Source of the DNA: Candidatus Methanoperedenaceae archaeon
Lineage (GTDB): Archaea > Halobacteriota > Methanosarcinia > Methanosarcinales > Methanoperedenaceae
DNA: 64,000 nucleotides
NCBI GenBank assembly: GCA_963753595.1
Contig: CAVWCX010000002.1
Span: 1-64,000, forward strand
Reading direction: 5' to 3'
A program made the position numbers and the translations under genes. Under the pieces are notes generated by a model. The model saw only the letters and a list, made by a program, of their open reading frames with translations, was not told the DNA's origin and ran no database searches. This document shows positions 1 to 9,761 of the stretch, piece by piece (position 1 is the first letter of the stretch; each line of letters starts with the position of its first letter).

Positions 1-71
1 AATCAGCCAGGCTGGGAGCATCATTTTAGTTTAATTTTTTTTAATTATTCCCTTCAACATTTTTTTTAAAA

Positions 72-128
72 TGGATAGGTGAGGAACCAATAAAAAATAG
101 TTTTTTGGATAGGATAGGAGTTCCTCAA
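72..128 (-). ncRNA. Candidate hairpin sRNA with CU-rich loop
   Basis: 8-bp stem TGAGGAAC (80-87)/GTTCCTCA (120-127); minus-strand loop CTCCTATCCTATCC; minus-strand TATA-like element at about 143-154. Confidence 0.35.
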
Positions 129-249
129 TACTAAATACATGTTATATATTTATATCCATTTTCCATGATTATACCCAAATATGTACCAATTTAGGGTATA
201 CAAAAAACAAAAATAGGAATAAACGAATATCACATCCGGAGTCGAACCA

Positions 250-2866
250 ATGGATAAGATGACACCTGCCATGAAGCAGTATTACGAGGCAAAGGAAAAG
301 CACAGTGATGCCCTGATCTTTTTCAGGATGGGCGACTTCTATGAGTCCTTCGGTGATGATGCAAAAATAATCGCAAAGGAACTTGAAATAACTCTCACCT
401 CAAGAGGCAGGGATAAAGAGGGCGAGGATATGCCGCTTGCAGGGATCCCCTATCATGCGGTTGATTCATATCTTCCAAAACTCATAAAGAAAGGCTACAA
501 GGTTGCGATATGTGAGCAGCTTGAAGACCCAAAGATGCAAAAGGCGTTGTAAAAAGGGGGGTTGTCAGGGTTATCACGCCCGGGACTGTCATCGATCCAT
601 CCCTTATTTCCGACCAATCCAATAATTATCTGATGTCGGTCTCAGGTGAAGGCACAGAATTCGGGATATCGTTTCTCGATGTGAGCACTGGCGAATTCCT
701 GGCCACCCAGTTTTCAGATAATAATTCATATGATAAAATAATAAGCGAGGCTGCCCGCATGCACCCTGCCGAATGCATACTTGCTCCTGCGCTTTTTGAA
801 AATAAGAAATTGACCGAGCGATTAAAGCAATCCGGCATCATCCTCAATAAATTCGATGCAGAAGCTTTTGACCTGAAAAGCGCACGGGAACGACTCCTTA
901 AACATTTCGGGGTAATGACTCTTGAAGGAATGGGATGCGATAAACTCAAACTTGCGATTGAGGCATCTGGCGCAGCTCTTCTCTATGCGAAAACAACACA
1001 GATGAGGGACCTGAATCACATCCAGTCAATGAGGACATATTCCGAAAATGAGTTTATGGTGCTTGATTCAATAACACTTAGGAATCTTGAGATCATCCAG
1101 GGTATTCGAGGCGAGACGGGTGGTTCACTATTATCAGTCATTGACCACACAAAAACATCAATGGGAGGCCGCATGTTAAGGAAATGGCTTCTTTTGCCAT
1201 TGATCTCTGTAGTCAAAATAAATGAAAGACTTGATGCTATTGAAGATATTGTCAAAAAAACACTTCTGCGCTATGACCTGCGCTCCCAGCTCTCGAATAT
1301 TCGCGACATAGAGCGCCTTATCGGGCGTATCGTCTATGGCAACTCAAATGCCCGGGATTTAATATCGCTAAAAGTCTCTCTTCTTACCATACCTGAAATC
1401 GAAAGATCACTTAAAGAAAGCGATGTAAGATCAGGGCTTTTATTGAATATATTGGAGGGACTGGGTGATCACCAGGATATTGTTGCACTGCTTGACAGGG
1501 CGCTTGTCGATGACCCGCCAGTTACAGTTCGTGAAGGCGGCATGATAAAAGAAGGGTATAATGAAAAGCTTGATGAACTCAAGAAAATGTCACTTCACGG
1601 AAAAGATTGGATCGCCCAGATGCAGCAAAAAGAGCGCGACAGGACAGGAATAAAATCCCTGAAGATCGGGTATAATTCGGTTTTCGGATATTATATCGAG
1701 GTCACAAAAACAAACCTCTGCACAGGTCCCTTCTAGATTATATCAGAAAACAAACAACAGCAAACGGTGAACGATTTTATACACCTGAACTGAAGGAAAA
1801 GGAAGTGATGATACTTTCTGCCGATGATAAAAGAACGGCGCTTGAATTTGAGCTTTTCACCGGGATCAACCAGTTTATTGCCGGAAAGTCCAAAGAATTG
1901 CAGATAACTGCGCAGGCACTCGGAGAACTCGATGTCATCGCAAACCTTGCAGAAATGGCTGTGAATAACAAATACATACGACCCGAAATAAATGACAGTT
2001 GCAATGTTTTGATAAGGGACGGAAGGCATCCTGTAATAGAATATGCTATTCCGGGTGGATTTGTCCCGAATGATACTCACATGGATTGCCAGGATAACCA
2101 GTTCCTGCTCCTGACCGGGCCAAACATGGCAGGAAAATCCACTTACATGAGACAGACAGCGATGATAGTCTTAATGGCACAGATTGGAAGTTTTGTTCCT
2201 GCAACTTTTGCTTCGATCGGTCTTGTTGACAGGATATTCACACGCGTAGGAGCATTTGATGACCTCGCGAGCGGCCAGAGCACTTTTATGATAGAGATGG
2301 TGGAACTTGCAAATATCCTAAATAATGCGACACCAAAAAGCCTGATACTCCTTGATGAGATCGGAAGGGGCACAAGCACTTACGATGGTTACAGCATAGC
2401 AAAAGCAGTGGTTGAATTCATTCATAATAAGGACCGTGTGGGCGTGAGGTCGCTTTTTGCCACGCATTACCACCAGCTGACTGTAATGAGCGGGGCCTTA
2501 AAGCGGGTGAAGAATTTCCATGTCGCAGTTAAAGAAGAAGGTAACGACCTTGTGTTCCTCCGTAAAATTATTCCCGGCGCAACTGATAAAAGTTATGGTA
2601 TCCATGTGGCAAGGCTTGCCGGAGTTCCGCTCAAAGTGACGCAGAGGGCCAAAGAGATTTTAAAAGAAGTGGAGAATGGGAGCAGCATCACAAGCAGGGG
2701 AAAGGACAGTGCAAAGTATACACAGCTCATGCTTTTTGATTCGGATAATACTGCAAAAGAATCACCGGTAGTTGAGGAACTTAAGAAACTCAATGTGGAT
2801 GAAATGACGCCCCTTGAGGCGCTAAATGCGCTTGCTGATTTAAAGAAGAAAGTGGGTGGGGGATGA
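250..2866 (+). CDS. mutS: DNA mismatch repair protein MutS, split into three ORFs by frameshifts near 538 and 1720-1740 (probably sequencing indels)
   Basis: N-terminal TPAMKQY...FFRMGDFYE mismatch-binding motif; C-terminal GPNMAGKST Walker A, STFM, DEIGRGT and ATHY motifs. Fragments 250-552, 633-1736 and 1805-2866 are collinear MutS parts. Confidence 0.93.
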
Positions 2867-2979
2867 TAAAACTGCGGACTTTGAAACTATATAGCATCCA
2901 TGCATTTTTAGATAATCAAAGTTTTTTTATAGGAAATTTGCCAGTATATACATATATCAATGTGCCAATTTAAACCACC

Positions 2980-3789
2980 ATGCGAATAGCCCTGAAAGTT
3001 GGATACATCGGCACAAATTATCATGGATTCCAGATACAGCCTGATGTATTGACTATTGAGGCTGGGCTTTTTGCATCACTTGTGAAATTAAACATCATCA
3101 AAAGCCCCCATGAGGCAAATTATATCGCATCGGGAAGGACCGATAAAGGAGTTCATGCAATTGGCCAGGTCATAGCATTTGATACAGAAAGACCCGAGTT
3201 AGCAATCCCCAGGGTTATCAACAGCAATCTTCCCGGGACAATATGGACATGGGCAAGAGCACAGGTGCCTCATGATTTTGATCCGCGCCGCAATGCAAAA
3301 CACAGGGAATACATGTATATCATGCCAGGAAAATTGGATATTTCTATTCTTAGAAGCGCATCAAGATTAATAGAAGGCGAGCACGATTTTTTAAATTTTA
3401 TCACGCCTGAGAAAGAACGAAACAGTTCAACTTTAGTATATAATTTAAATATACGCTCAATCGGTGAGTTCACGATCATGGATATCAGCGCAGACCATTT
3501 TTTATGGCACATGGTCCGAAAGATCGCTTCGGCATTGAAAATGATCGAAAGCGGTAAAAGGGATATTCTCTGGCTTGAAAAGATGCTTAAACCAATGCAA
3601 TTCCATGAAGCACTTGCGCCTGCGCCGGCTCATGGCCTGATCCTTAAGAACGTGGAATACAGGGATATTGACTGGAAAGAGGATGCATACGCAAAAAAAA
3701 ATACATCGGAAACTCTTGGAGAAGAATTCTTATGGCATAGCGTAATGGCGCAAACGCTAAATGAACTTGAAAAAGCCATGAAATTATAA
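2980..3789 (+). CDS. truA: tRNA pseudouridine(38-40) synthase TruA
   Basis: GYIGTNYHGFQIQP, SGRTDKGVHA catalytic motif, FLWHMVRKI. Confidence 0.95.
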   Translation: MRIALKVGYIGTNYHGFQIQPDVLTIEAGLFASLVKLNIIKSPHEANYIASGRTDKGVHAIGQVIAFDTERPELAIPRVINSNLPGTIWTWARAQVPHDFDPRRNAKHREYMYIMPGKLDISILRSASRLIEGEHDFLNFITPEKERNSSTLVYNLNIRSIGEFTIMDISADHFLWHMVRKIASALKMIESGKRDILWLEKMLKPMQFHEALAPAPAHGLILKNVEYRDIDWKEDAYAKKNTSETLGEEFLWHSVMAQTLNELEKAMKL

Positions 3790-3803
3790 AAGGAATAATT
3801 GAT

Positions 3804-4820
3804 ATGTTGATAGCATTTGAAATTTCAGGAGAACACAACACCATTCCCGGATCAGAAGTATTCTCATGCCTCAGGTCGCAAAATGCTGATTTCCAGGTTT
3901 GCCATTCGCTTGATGGATGCCTTGTTATCGATCTAAATACAAGGGCTGTGGAAATAGTTGAAAATATTTCAAAAAGGCTTGCAATGACCCATCACATCAC
4001 TAAAGTCCTGGGCATAGGCGGATCGAGTGAACAGGAAATACTGGATCTTGTTGAAAAAAATATGCCGGATTTTGAAGGGACATATAGCATCAGGGTCAAA
4101 CGCGTAAGAGAGTATTCTACAATTAATACTGTAACGATGGAACGGAAAATCGGGGGTATTTTGTATAAAAAAGGAAAACGCGCAAACCTGAAGGATCCGC
4201 AAATGCAGTTCAGGGTGCTGCTTACAGAAGATAAAAGCATTTTCTCCAGTCTGTTATGTTCAATTGACCGCAGTATTTTCGAAGCGCGAAAACCACATTT
4301 CAAGCCCTTCTTTTACCCTGGTGTCCTGATGCCAAGGGTAGCAAGGGCTCTTGTGAATATTTCAATGCCGCAGGAATCTCTCTTAGATCCATTTTGCGGA
4401 ACAGGAGGAATTCTTGTGGAAGCAGGATTTATTGGTATAAAAGTGATAGGCGGGGATATGCAAAGAAAAATCCTGCTTGGCGCAAAAATGAACCTTGACC
4501 ATTATAATGCAGACTATTCACTGATGTATGAAGATGCATGCCGCCTTGCGCTTCGGGATGAAAGCGTGGATGCTGTGGTCACAGACCCGCCATACGGAAG
4601 ATCTGCGGCAATTAAAGGAGAATCCCTTGAATATATGCTTGCCTTATCTATGAAAGAGATACATCGCGTGTTGAAAAATGGGAAACGTTTAGTCATTGTT
4701 TCCGAGCGCCCCATCGAAGCGCTCGCTAAGGATGCGGGTTTTGAGGTAATTGAGACGCATTTGCAAAGAGTACATAAGAGCCTGACCCGACGGATACTGG
4801 TACTTGAAAAATTTGTATAG
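3804..4820 (+). CDS. tRNA (guanine10-N2)-methyltransferase, THUMP + SAM MTase (Trm11/TIGR01177-like)
   Basis: N-terminal THUMP-like region, LLDPFCGTGG SAM motif, TDPPYG motif. Confidence 0.88.
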   Translation: MLIAFEISGEHNTIPGSEVFSCLRSQNADFQVCHSLDGCLVIDLNTRAVEIVENISKRLAMTHHITKVLGIGGSSEQEILDLVEKNMPDFEGTYSIRVKRVREYSTINTVTMERKIGGILYKKGKRANLKDPQMQFRVLLTEDKSIFSSLLCSIDRSIFEARKPHFKPFFYPGVLMPRVARALVNISMPQESLLDPFCGTGGILVEAGFIGIKVIGGDMQRKILLGAKMNLDHYNADYSLMYEDACRLALRDESVDAVVTDPPYGRSAAIKGESLEYMLALSMKEIHRVLKNGKRLVIVSERPIEALAKDAGFEVIETHLQRVHKSLTRRILVLEKFV

Positions 4821-4828
4821 GCAGAGAG

Positions 4829-4895
4829 ATAGGAGTGAGTGGGCAGGAAGGGGATATGGTGGTATGGAAAAAAATTATTTTTCTGCCCACTGCAC
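4829..4895 (-). ncRNA. Candidate sRNA, copy 1
   Basis: Stem AGTGGGCAG (4838-4846)/CTGCCCACT (4883-4891); minus-strand loop CCATACCACCATATCCCC; TATAAATA begins 30 nt upstream on the minus strand (4925). Confidence 0.55.
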
Positions 4896-4932
4896 TTCGT
4901 ACATATACGAACAATACTATTTATAGTTTACG
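4896..4932 (-). promoter_or_regulatory. BRE/TATA promoter plus TTCGTA-N4-TACGAA operator (copy 1)
   Basis: Minus strand CGTAAAC-TATAAATA, then palindrome TTCGTACATATACGAA at 4896-4911. Confidence 0.65.
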
Positions 4933-4982
4933 ATTGGTGTAAAACACCTTCAAATATTCTCGATTGTGTCATAACCATGAGA

Positions 4983-5045
4983 ATAGGAGTTAGTGAGCAG
5001 AAGGGGATTATGGTGGTAGGTTAAAAAAACTTCTGCTCACAACCC
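4983..5045 (-). ncRNA. Candidate sRNA, copy 2
   Basis: Perfect 11-bp stem GTGAGCAGAAG (4993-5003)/CTTCTGCTCAC (5030-5040) with a compensatory change relative to copy 1; own TATATATA box upstream on the minus strand. Confidence 0.55.
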
Positions 5046-5082
5046 TTCGTATATATACGAACATTGGTATATATAGTTTACG
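5046..5082 (-). promoter_or_regulatory. BRE/TATA promoter plus TTCGTA-N4-TACGAA operator (copy 2)
   Basis: Minus strand CGTAAAC-TATATATA; perfect palindrome TTCGTATATATACGAA at 5046-5061. Confidence 0.65.
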
Positions 5083-5216
5083 ATGGGTGTAATCATATTG
5101 AATTATTCTCGATTGTTTCATAAACCATGAGAATAAGAGTAGATTGCGCCATCACAAATTCTTTCAAGTTATTGTAGAAAATAACAATTTTACAAAACTA
5201 TCTCCCTTCCAGGAAC

Positions 5217-6497
5217 TTAAATTGATCTAAGCGCAGTCTCAAATATCTCAAGACCTTTATCAAGCTCACTTTTTTTAATTATCAGGGGAGGAACGAACCT
5301 TATGACGGAATCACCTGCTGGCAATAATATCAGCCCCCCATCAAGTGATATTTTAATGATAATATCTCTTTTTTCAATTGCAGGGGCGTTATTTTCTTCC
5401 ACAAGTTCTACACCTGTCATAAGCCCGATGCCCCGGACATCCCCGATTATCGGATATTTTTCTTTCAGTTCATTCAATCGTTTTATGAGATAATTCCCTT
5501 TTTCAATTGCCTTTTCACCAAGCTTTGCACTCTCCATGAAATCAAGTGTAGCAAGTCCTCCTGCGGCTGCAAGGAGATTCCCGCCAAATGTATTCGCATG
5601 GGTTCCAGGGGGCCAGCTCATTATCCTGCTGCTTGATAGTGTTGCTCCCAGCGGTATGCCGCCGCCGATCGATTTGGACATGCAGACGATATCTGCCCTC
5701 ACGTCGAAATTCTCAAGCGCCATGAATTTCCCGGTCCGGAATCCACCGCTCTGGATCTCGTCCGCTATCATCAATACATCGTTCTCGTCGCATATCCTCC
5801 TGATCTCTTTATGGAACTCAGGCGGCGGGACTATGAATCCTCCTTCTCCCTGTATGGGTTCAACAACGATGGCTGCTGTGTCCTTCGGGGATAGTTCCCG
5901 TTTAAAAATAGTCCGCTCGATCTCTTTTGCGCATGATATGCCGCATCCCGGATACTCAAGGTTAAGAGGGCAACGGTAACAGTAAGCATAATCAGAATGC
6001 AAAACCCTCAAAGATGGAAAATGCTCTTTGTGCTTGATCTTAGAACTGGAAAGAGAAAGTGCTCCAATAGTCCTGCCATGAAAAGCCCTGTAAAATGCGA
6101 TCATGCTTGTTTTTCCTGTGTACCAGAAAGCAAGTTTCATGGCAGCTTCAACAGCTTCTGTGCCTGAATTAGAGAGAAAAACCTTTTCGTAACCTGTCAT
6201 TTCACACAGTTTTTCAGACAGTTTTAACGGTGCTTCTGCATAAAAATCCGAGTATCCGCAATGAACCATTTTTCCCATCTGGGCACATACTGCCTCTTTT
6301 ACCTTCTTACAGTTATATCCGATATTCATTACAGCAACGCTTGACGCAAAATCGATATAACTATTTCCTTCGACATCGAATATCGTTGAACCCTGTGCAT
6401 GGTCAACCACCAGGTCAAAAGAGCGCGTAAGGGATGGCGATGCAACTTTATGGTCCCGGCTTATGATATCTCTTGATTTTTGGTTTTTCTTTTGCAT
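5217..6497 (-). CDS. Class III PLP aminotransferase (ornithine/4-aminobutyrate aminotransferase family)
   Basis: SNSGTEAVEAA, FHGRT, EPIQGEGG, DEIQSG, SKSIGGG (PLP lysine), NTFGGN. Confidence 0.88.
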   Translation of the reverse strand: MQKKNQKSRDIISRDHKVASPSLTRSFDLVVDHAQGSTIFDVEGNSYIDFASSVAVMNIGYNCKKVKEAVCAQMGKMVHCGYSDFYAEAPLKLSEKLCEMTGYEKVFLSNSGTEAVEAAMKLAFWYTGKTSMIAFYRAFHGRTIGALSLSSSKIKHKEHFPSLRVLHSDYAYCYRCPLNLEYPGCGISCAKEIERTIFKRELSPKDTAAIVVEPIQGEGGFIVPPPEFHKEIRRICDENDVLMIADEIQSGGFRTGKFMALENFDVRADIVCMSKSIGGGIPLGATLSSSRIMSWPPGTHANTFGGNLLAAAGGLATLDFMESAKLGEKAIEKGNYLIKRLNELKEKYPIIGDVRGIGLMTGVELVEENNAPAIEKRDIIIKISLDGGLILLPAGDSVIRFVPPLIIKKSELDKGLEIFETALRSI

Positions 6498-6505
6498 AGT
6501 TTCAC

Positions 6506-7978
6506 CTATTCAATATCAATTTGTGCTTTCTGTAGTTTTCCGCTGTAATCAAAATAAACAGTCTTTAACTCCGTAAATTCTTCTATTGCGGTCGTTCCTC
6601 CTTCGCGCGTTCCGTTCCCTGTGGATTTAATGCCCCCAAATGGCAGATGTATCTCTGCGCCAATGGTGGATGCGTTGATATATGTAATGCCTGCACCTAT
6701 TTTTTCAATAGCTTTAAATGCATTTTTTATATTTGCACTATAAATTGACGAGGAAAGGCCGTATTCTACAGAGTTGGCAATGTGAATTGCCTCATCAATA
6801 TCCCTGGCACTTATCAATGAAACAACCGGACCGAATATCTCTTCCTGCGCTATCCTCATATCAGGTGATACACCGGTGAATATTGTTGGTTCAAAAAAGT
6901 AGCCTGGCAGGGGTTTGACAATATTCCCGCCAAGAACAAGTTCTGCACCTTCTTTTTTTCCGATATCGACATATTTGGCGATCTTCTGGAGCTGTGAATT
7001 ATTAATGACCGGCCCCACATCGATATTTTCATAAAGACCATTCCCGATTTTTAGCTTTTTCGTTCTCTGGGTAAGTCTTTTTATAAGTTCAGGAAGGATC
7101 TTCTCATGCGCGATAACACGGCTTGCTGCAGTGCATCGCTGTCCTGTTGTTCCGAATGCACCCCATACAATTCCGTCAATCGCAAGGTCAAGATCTGCAT
7201 CATCCATGACAATTATAGGGTTTTTTCCTCCAAGTTCCAGCGACACTTTTTTCATATCCTTTGCGGCTTCGCCAAGTATCCATTTTCCTGTTTCAAGAGA
7301 ACCAGTGAATGAAACAGCCCTGATCTTCCTGTTATGAACTATCTCGCTTCCAACTGTTTTTCCCTCGCCTGTCACAAGATTTAAAACTCCTTCAGGGAGG
7401 CCTGCTTTATCGAGTATTTTTACAAGTTCGATAGAAAGGATGGGTGTATCGCTTGCCGGTTTTAATATAAGCGTGTTTCCCGCAACGAGTGCTGGCATTA
7501 TTTTCCAGGCAGGTATCGCTATCGGGAAATTCCAGGGTGTTATGAGTCCCACAACTCCTATGGGGCGGCGGACCGTCATGCAGAATTTATCCGGGAGTTC
7601 TGAGGGCGTGGTCTCACCAATTAGCCGCCGCCCTTCTCCGGCTGCATAATATGTCATATCGATCGCTTCCTGGACATCCCCGCGCGCTTCTTTCAGGACT
7701 TTTCCCATCTCCATTGTCATGAGACATGAAAGCTCTTCTTTCCTGTCTTCAAGCATCTGTGCCGCCCTGAATAATATCTTTGCACGCTGGGGGGCAGGTG
7801 TGCTGCTCCATTTATCAAATGCATCTTCTGCGGCATCAACTGCATTTTTCACATCATCTTTATTTGCCCTGTGGAGCTTCCCGATCAATTCAAGAGTTGC
7901 CGGGTTAATGTCATCAAACATCTCGCCACTGCCTGATGCTACCCATTCTCCGTTTATGAAAAGTTTATATTCTCGCAT
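6506..7978 (-). CDS. NAD(P)-dependent aldehyde dehydrogenase
   Basis: ITPWNFP, FTGS, LELGGKNP, GQRCTA catalytic Cys, EEIFGPV. Confidence 0.93.
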   Translation of the reverse strand: MREYKLFINGEWVASGSGEMFDDINPATLELIGKLHRANKDDVKNAVDAAEDAFDKWSSTPAPQRAKILFRAAQMLEDRKEELSCLMTMEMGKVLKEARGDVQEAIDMTYYAAGEGRRLIGETTPSELPDKFCMTVRRPIGVVGLITPWNFPIAIPAWKIMPALVAGNTLILKPASDTPILSIELVKILDKAGLPEGVLNLVTGEGKTVGSEIVHNRKIRAVSFTGSLETGKWILGEAAKDMKKVSLELGGKNPIIVMDDADLDLAIDGIVWGAFGTTGQRCTAASRVIAHEKILPELIKRLTQRTKKLKIGNGLYENIDVGPVINNSQLQKIAKYVDIGKKEGAELVLGGNIVKPLPGYFFEPTIFTGVSPDMRIAQEEIFGPVVSLISARDIDEAIHIANSVEYGLSSSIYSANIKNAFKAIEKIGAGITYINASTIGAEIHLPFGGIKSTGNGTREGGTTAIEEFTELKTVYFDYSGKLQKAQIDIE

Positions 7979-8136
7979 AACTCCTTAGAATAAAGTTGTA
8001 GGCTAACGTATTTTAAAGTTTTGCATCCTTTATCAAAATGAATTGGATAAACGTGGTATCAATACTGTCATGGAAAAGTTCATATGCTTACAATTATTAT
8101 AACCATAATATTGAGTGTAAGGAGGCGAACAAGCTA

Positions 8137-8232
8137 ATGCCCAATAAAAATGTAGAGGCTGAAAAAGAGGAAAAAAGAAGTTGCGGACGGTTATGTCCAG
8201 ACTGTCCAATGAAAAATGACGAAGATAAATGA
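8137..8232 (+). CDS. Small 31-aa Cys-motif protein (CxxxCxxC)
   Basis: AAGGAGG upstream of ATG 8137; sequence MPNKNVEAEKEEKRSCGRLCPDCPMKNDEDK. Confidence 0.5.
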   Translation: MPNKNVEAEKEEKRSCGRLCPDCPMKNDEDK

Positions 8233-8326
8233 GGTAATGACCTTTTAGAATATCACAATAATCGTCCAAAGATTTTGGGGTCAATAGACAGAACCTTTTT
8301 TAATCCCTTCAGTAAATGAAGTCATA

Positions 8327-9673
8327 ATGTGCGGAATAGCTGGCGCTGCGGGAAAAGATCCTGAAAAATCAGTCCGGAAAATGCTTGAAGTTATCAGACA
8401 CAGGGGACCTGATGGCAGTGGAATATTTTCGCAGGGTGATATCGCTATTGGTAATGTCCTGCTAAAAATAACAGGAGAAAAAAAACAACCGATCTCAAAC
8501 GGCGGCGCACTCACATACAATGGGGAGATATATAATTTCAGGGAAATTGCACAGGATCTTGATCTTAAAACCGATTCTGATAGTGAGACTCTTTTTAGCC
8601 TCATCAAATCCAGAGGTATAGAAGCCGCAGTTAGTGGATCAGATGGCGATTACGCATTTGCGTATGTCGAAAATGGAAAAATATCCCTTGTGCGAGATCC
8701 TGCTGGTGTAAAACCGCTTTATTATTCTTATGGCAATGGATTTTTTTTTGCATCTGAGAAAAAAGCATTATCTGCAATAGGTGAAACTGAAATTAACACT
8801 CTTAAACCGGGTCACATGATGACTTTTTGCGCCAGTAAAATAATTGAAAAAAAAGTTGCTGCTTTTTCTACAGGGGAAATATTGGCCGAAGAATTAGTCG
8901 CGAAAGATTTGCTTTTTGAGACATTGGAACAGTCTGTAAAGAAAAGGCAGTTTGTGCCATGTGCGATCGCATTTTCCGGCGGCCTTGACAGTTCATTCCT
9001 TGCCTCGCTATGCAGGGATGCAAAATTATATTCAGCGGGCATGGCTGGATCGCATGATATTGGACAGACAAAGAAAGCAGCCCAGCTTCTTGGACTTTCG
9101 GATAACCTGCATCTGCATACACTTACTATGGATGAACTGGAAACTGCGATTCCTGACGTGATACGAGCCATCGAATCGTGTGATCCAATGAAAGTAAGTA
9201 TCGCCTTGCCTTTATATTTTGCATCAAAAGATGCTCAGCTTGATGGAATTCGTGTCATTCTTTCAGGCCAGGGTGCGGATGAATTATTTGCCGGATATAA
9301 ACGGTATGAGTCCATGAATTCTCTTGAACTCGGGATCGCGCTAAAAAAAGACCTTGACAACATTGCAGAAAATAATCTTGAGCGTGATGATGCGGTGACT
9401 ATGGCAAATTCAGTTGAGCTAAGGGTTCCCTACCTTGACCGCAAAGTCATTGAACTTGCTTTGCGGATCGCTCCTGAACTCAAAATACATAACGGGATAC
9501 GCAAATATATTTTAAGGCTGGCGGCAGGAAAAATCCTTCATGATGAGCTTGTTTGGAAAGAGAAGAAGGCGGCGCAGTACAGCAGCGGGATTTATTCTGC
9601 GATGGAAAAAATTGCCAGGAAAAACGGGTACAGGGGAGAGAGGGCTTTAGGGAGATATCTGGGAGAATTATAA
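8327..9673 (+). CDS. asnB: Asparagine synthetase (glutamine-hydrolysing)
   Basis: N-terminal MCGIAG Ntn cysteine, HRGPD, YNGEIYN, FSGGLDSS, SGQGADELFAGY. Confidence 0.9.
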   Translation: MCGIAGAAGKDPEKSVRKMLEVIRHRGPDGSGIFSQGDIAIGNVLLKITGEKKQPISNGGALTYNGEIYNFREIAQDLDLKTDSDSETLFSLIKSRGIEAAVSGSDGDYAFAYVENGKISLVRDPAGVKPLYYSYGNGFFFASEKKALSAIGETEINTLKPGHMMTFCASKIIEKKVAAFSTGEILAEELVAKDLLFETLEQSVKKRQFVPCAIAFSGGLDSSFLASLCRDAKLYSAGMAGSHDIGQTKKAAQLLGLSDNLHLHTLTMDELETAIPDVIRAIESCDPMKVSIALPLYFASKDAQLDGIRVILSGQGADELFAGYKRYESMNSLELGIALKKDLDNIAENNLERDDAVTMANSVELRVPYLDRKVIELALRIAPELKIHNGIRKYILRLAAGKILHDELVWKEKKAAQYSSGIYSAMEKIARKNGYRGERALGRYLGEL

Positions 9674-9761
9674 ATCCCGAAAACTTCGCGATCATTGCGG
9701 AGTTTGTGATGACGCACAATAATCTTTTTATTGCTTCATCTCTTTAATGTGTTAGATTTCA

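Larger units (their letters stand above)
4829..5139. repeat. Diverged tandem duplication with about 150-bp period, each unit = TATA + operator + hairpin
   Basis: Units starting near 4829 and 4983 share ATAGGAG, GGGGAT(T)ATGGTGGTA, TTCGTA-N4-TACGAA, TATAGTTTACGAT and TATTCTCGATTGT...CCATGAGAATA. Confidence 0.9.

Noticed and set aside
1734-1736. Pyrrolysine read-through of the TAG ending the second mutS fragment
   Set aside because: The downstream MutS sequence is in a different frame, so read-through cannot join the fragments.
4839-5024. 61-aa ORF across the tandem duplication
   Set aside because: The frame is not conserved between the two repeat units (the copy 2 equivalent ATG GTG GTA GGT TAA stops after four codons); conservation follows RNA structure and promoter motifs instead.
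8137-9673. Lasso-peptide cluster (short peptide plus AsnB-like cyclase)
   Set aside because: AsnB retains the N-terminal Cys glutaminase domain of ordinary asparagine synthetase, no leader peptidase or RRE gene is nearby, and the peptide lacks lasso leader features.
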